NCBI GenBank assembly: GCA_024640315.1
Contig: JAHEFF010000006.1
Location: forward strand, 10,169-74,168
Length of the DNA: 64,000 bases
Origin: Woeseiaceae bacterium
Lineage (GTDB): Bacteria > Pseudomonadota > Gammaproteobacteria > Steroidobacterales > Woeseiaceae
Reading direction: 5' to 3'
A program made the position numbers and the translations under genes. The notes under the pieces were generated by a model that was given only the letters and a program-made list of their open reading frames with translations, searched no databases and was not told the origin of the DNA. This document shows positions 63,803 to 64,000 of this stretch, piece by piece (the stretch's first letter is position 1; each line of letters starts with the position of its first letter).

Positions 63803-64000
63803 CCACGGGAAATAGTGCCGTCTTCCAGCCACTCGTCAAAGATTGACAGGACAGTATCCGCGAAAGCTTTGTCATTGATGTGAGCATCGATTTCAACGAG
63901 CCTGACGGGTTGCCTGACCAGGCTACGGATGGCTGCGGCGAACGACTCGAGTCCTTCCTCATCGCGAAACGGTCCGCCCTCTTTGTCCCATTCATCGATG
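63799..64000 (-). CDS. hypothetical protein, C-terminal fragment entering from the window edge
   Basis: My translation gives ...DEWDKEGGPFRDEEGLESFAAAIRSLVRQPVRLVEIDAHINDKAFADTVLSIFDEWLEDGTISRG*. Composition is coding-like. The stop overlaps the AraC stop convergently. The track ORF 63705..63995 is in a different frame. Confidence 0.45.
   Translation of the reverse strand, partial: IDEWDKEGGPFRDEEGLESFAAAIRSLVRQPVRLVEIDAHINDKAFADTVLSIFDEWLEDGTISRG

Noticed and set aside
63705-63995. 96-aa minus-strand track ORF
   Set aside because: It overlaps the AraC gene 3' end and its sequence reads as nonsense. A different minus frame gives a plausible C-terminal fragment ending at 63799.
1-64000. CRISPR arrays, tRNA/rRNA genes, insertion sequences, integrases, prophage or defence-system genes
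   Set aside because: I scanned the intergenic regions and the ORF list. I found no regularly spaced repeats, no T-loop (GGTTCGAATCC-like) contexts outside coding regions, and no transposase, integrase, nuclease or ATPase defence-type ORFs. The largest non-coding gap is 436 bp.

Overview
This is a dense chromosomal window with about 55 protein-coding genes. I found no rRNA, tRNA, CRISPR array, transposase, integrase or phage gene. The gene content includes two TonB-dependent receptors, two Cys-type sulfatases, many CoA-dependent catabolic enzymes, and lipoprotein or Tat leaders. That fits an aerobic, probably marine Gammaproteobacterium, but I cannot verify the taxonomy. The window has three parts. 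(i) 1-19.6 kb holds mixed housekeeping and respiratory genes: a partial acetoacetyl-CoA synthetase, quinone oxidoreductase, redoxin, sulfatase, Leu-type dehydrogenase, an octahaem-TPR lipoprotein, CspA, an overlapping MsrQ-like/LldD-like pair, CtaA, HemN, Fhs and an M24 peptidase. (ii) 19.6-45.3 kb is almost entirely minus-strand and forms an aryl-CoA catabolic island. It carries Rieske oxygenase alpha/beta, an FAD-monooxygenase::OYE fusion of the 2-aminobenzoyl-CoA monooxygenase/reductase type, a Cys-less thiolase-like protein next to a DUF35::degenerate-SDR fusion, a CoA ligase, a second OYE, a thioesterase, MarR, a RidA-ACAD-ECH-HADH operon, IorAB, PaaK, a penicillin-acylase-family protein and a TBDR. 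(iii) 45.6-63.8 kb is a roughly 17-kb array of 15 co-directional genes under a divergent AraC regulator. It combines two MFS transporters, a TBDR, a sulfatase, an SDR + phospho-lyase-like aminotransferase + APH-fold kinase + aldehyde dehydrogenase module, a TTQ-type amine dehydrogenase (heavy and light chains), two monohaem cytochromes c, DUF485 + SSS transporters and a periplasmic amidase. The most interesting candidates are four. First, the TTQ dehydrogenase lacks mauE/D/G and any cupredoxin in the window. Second, the amino-alcohol kinase/phospho-lyase route has no microcompartment shell genes. Third, a thiolase-fold protein with its catalytic triad replaced is paired with a DUF35::pseudo-SDR. 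Fourth, all three modules converge on arylacetaldehyde, arylacetate, aryl-CoA and anthranilate-type chemistry. All functional calls come from reading the translated ORFs by eye against remembered family motifs. No searches were run.
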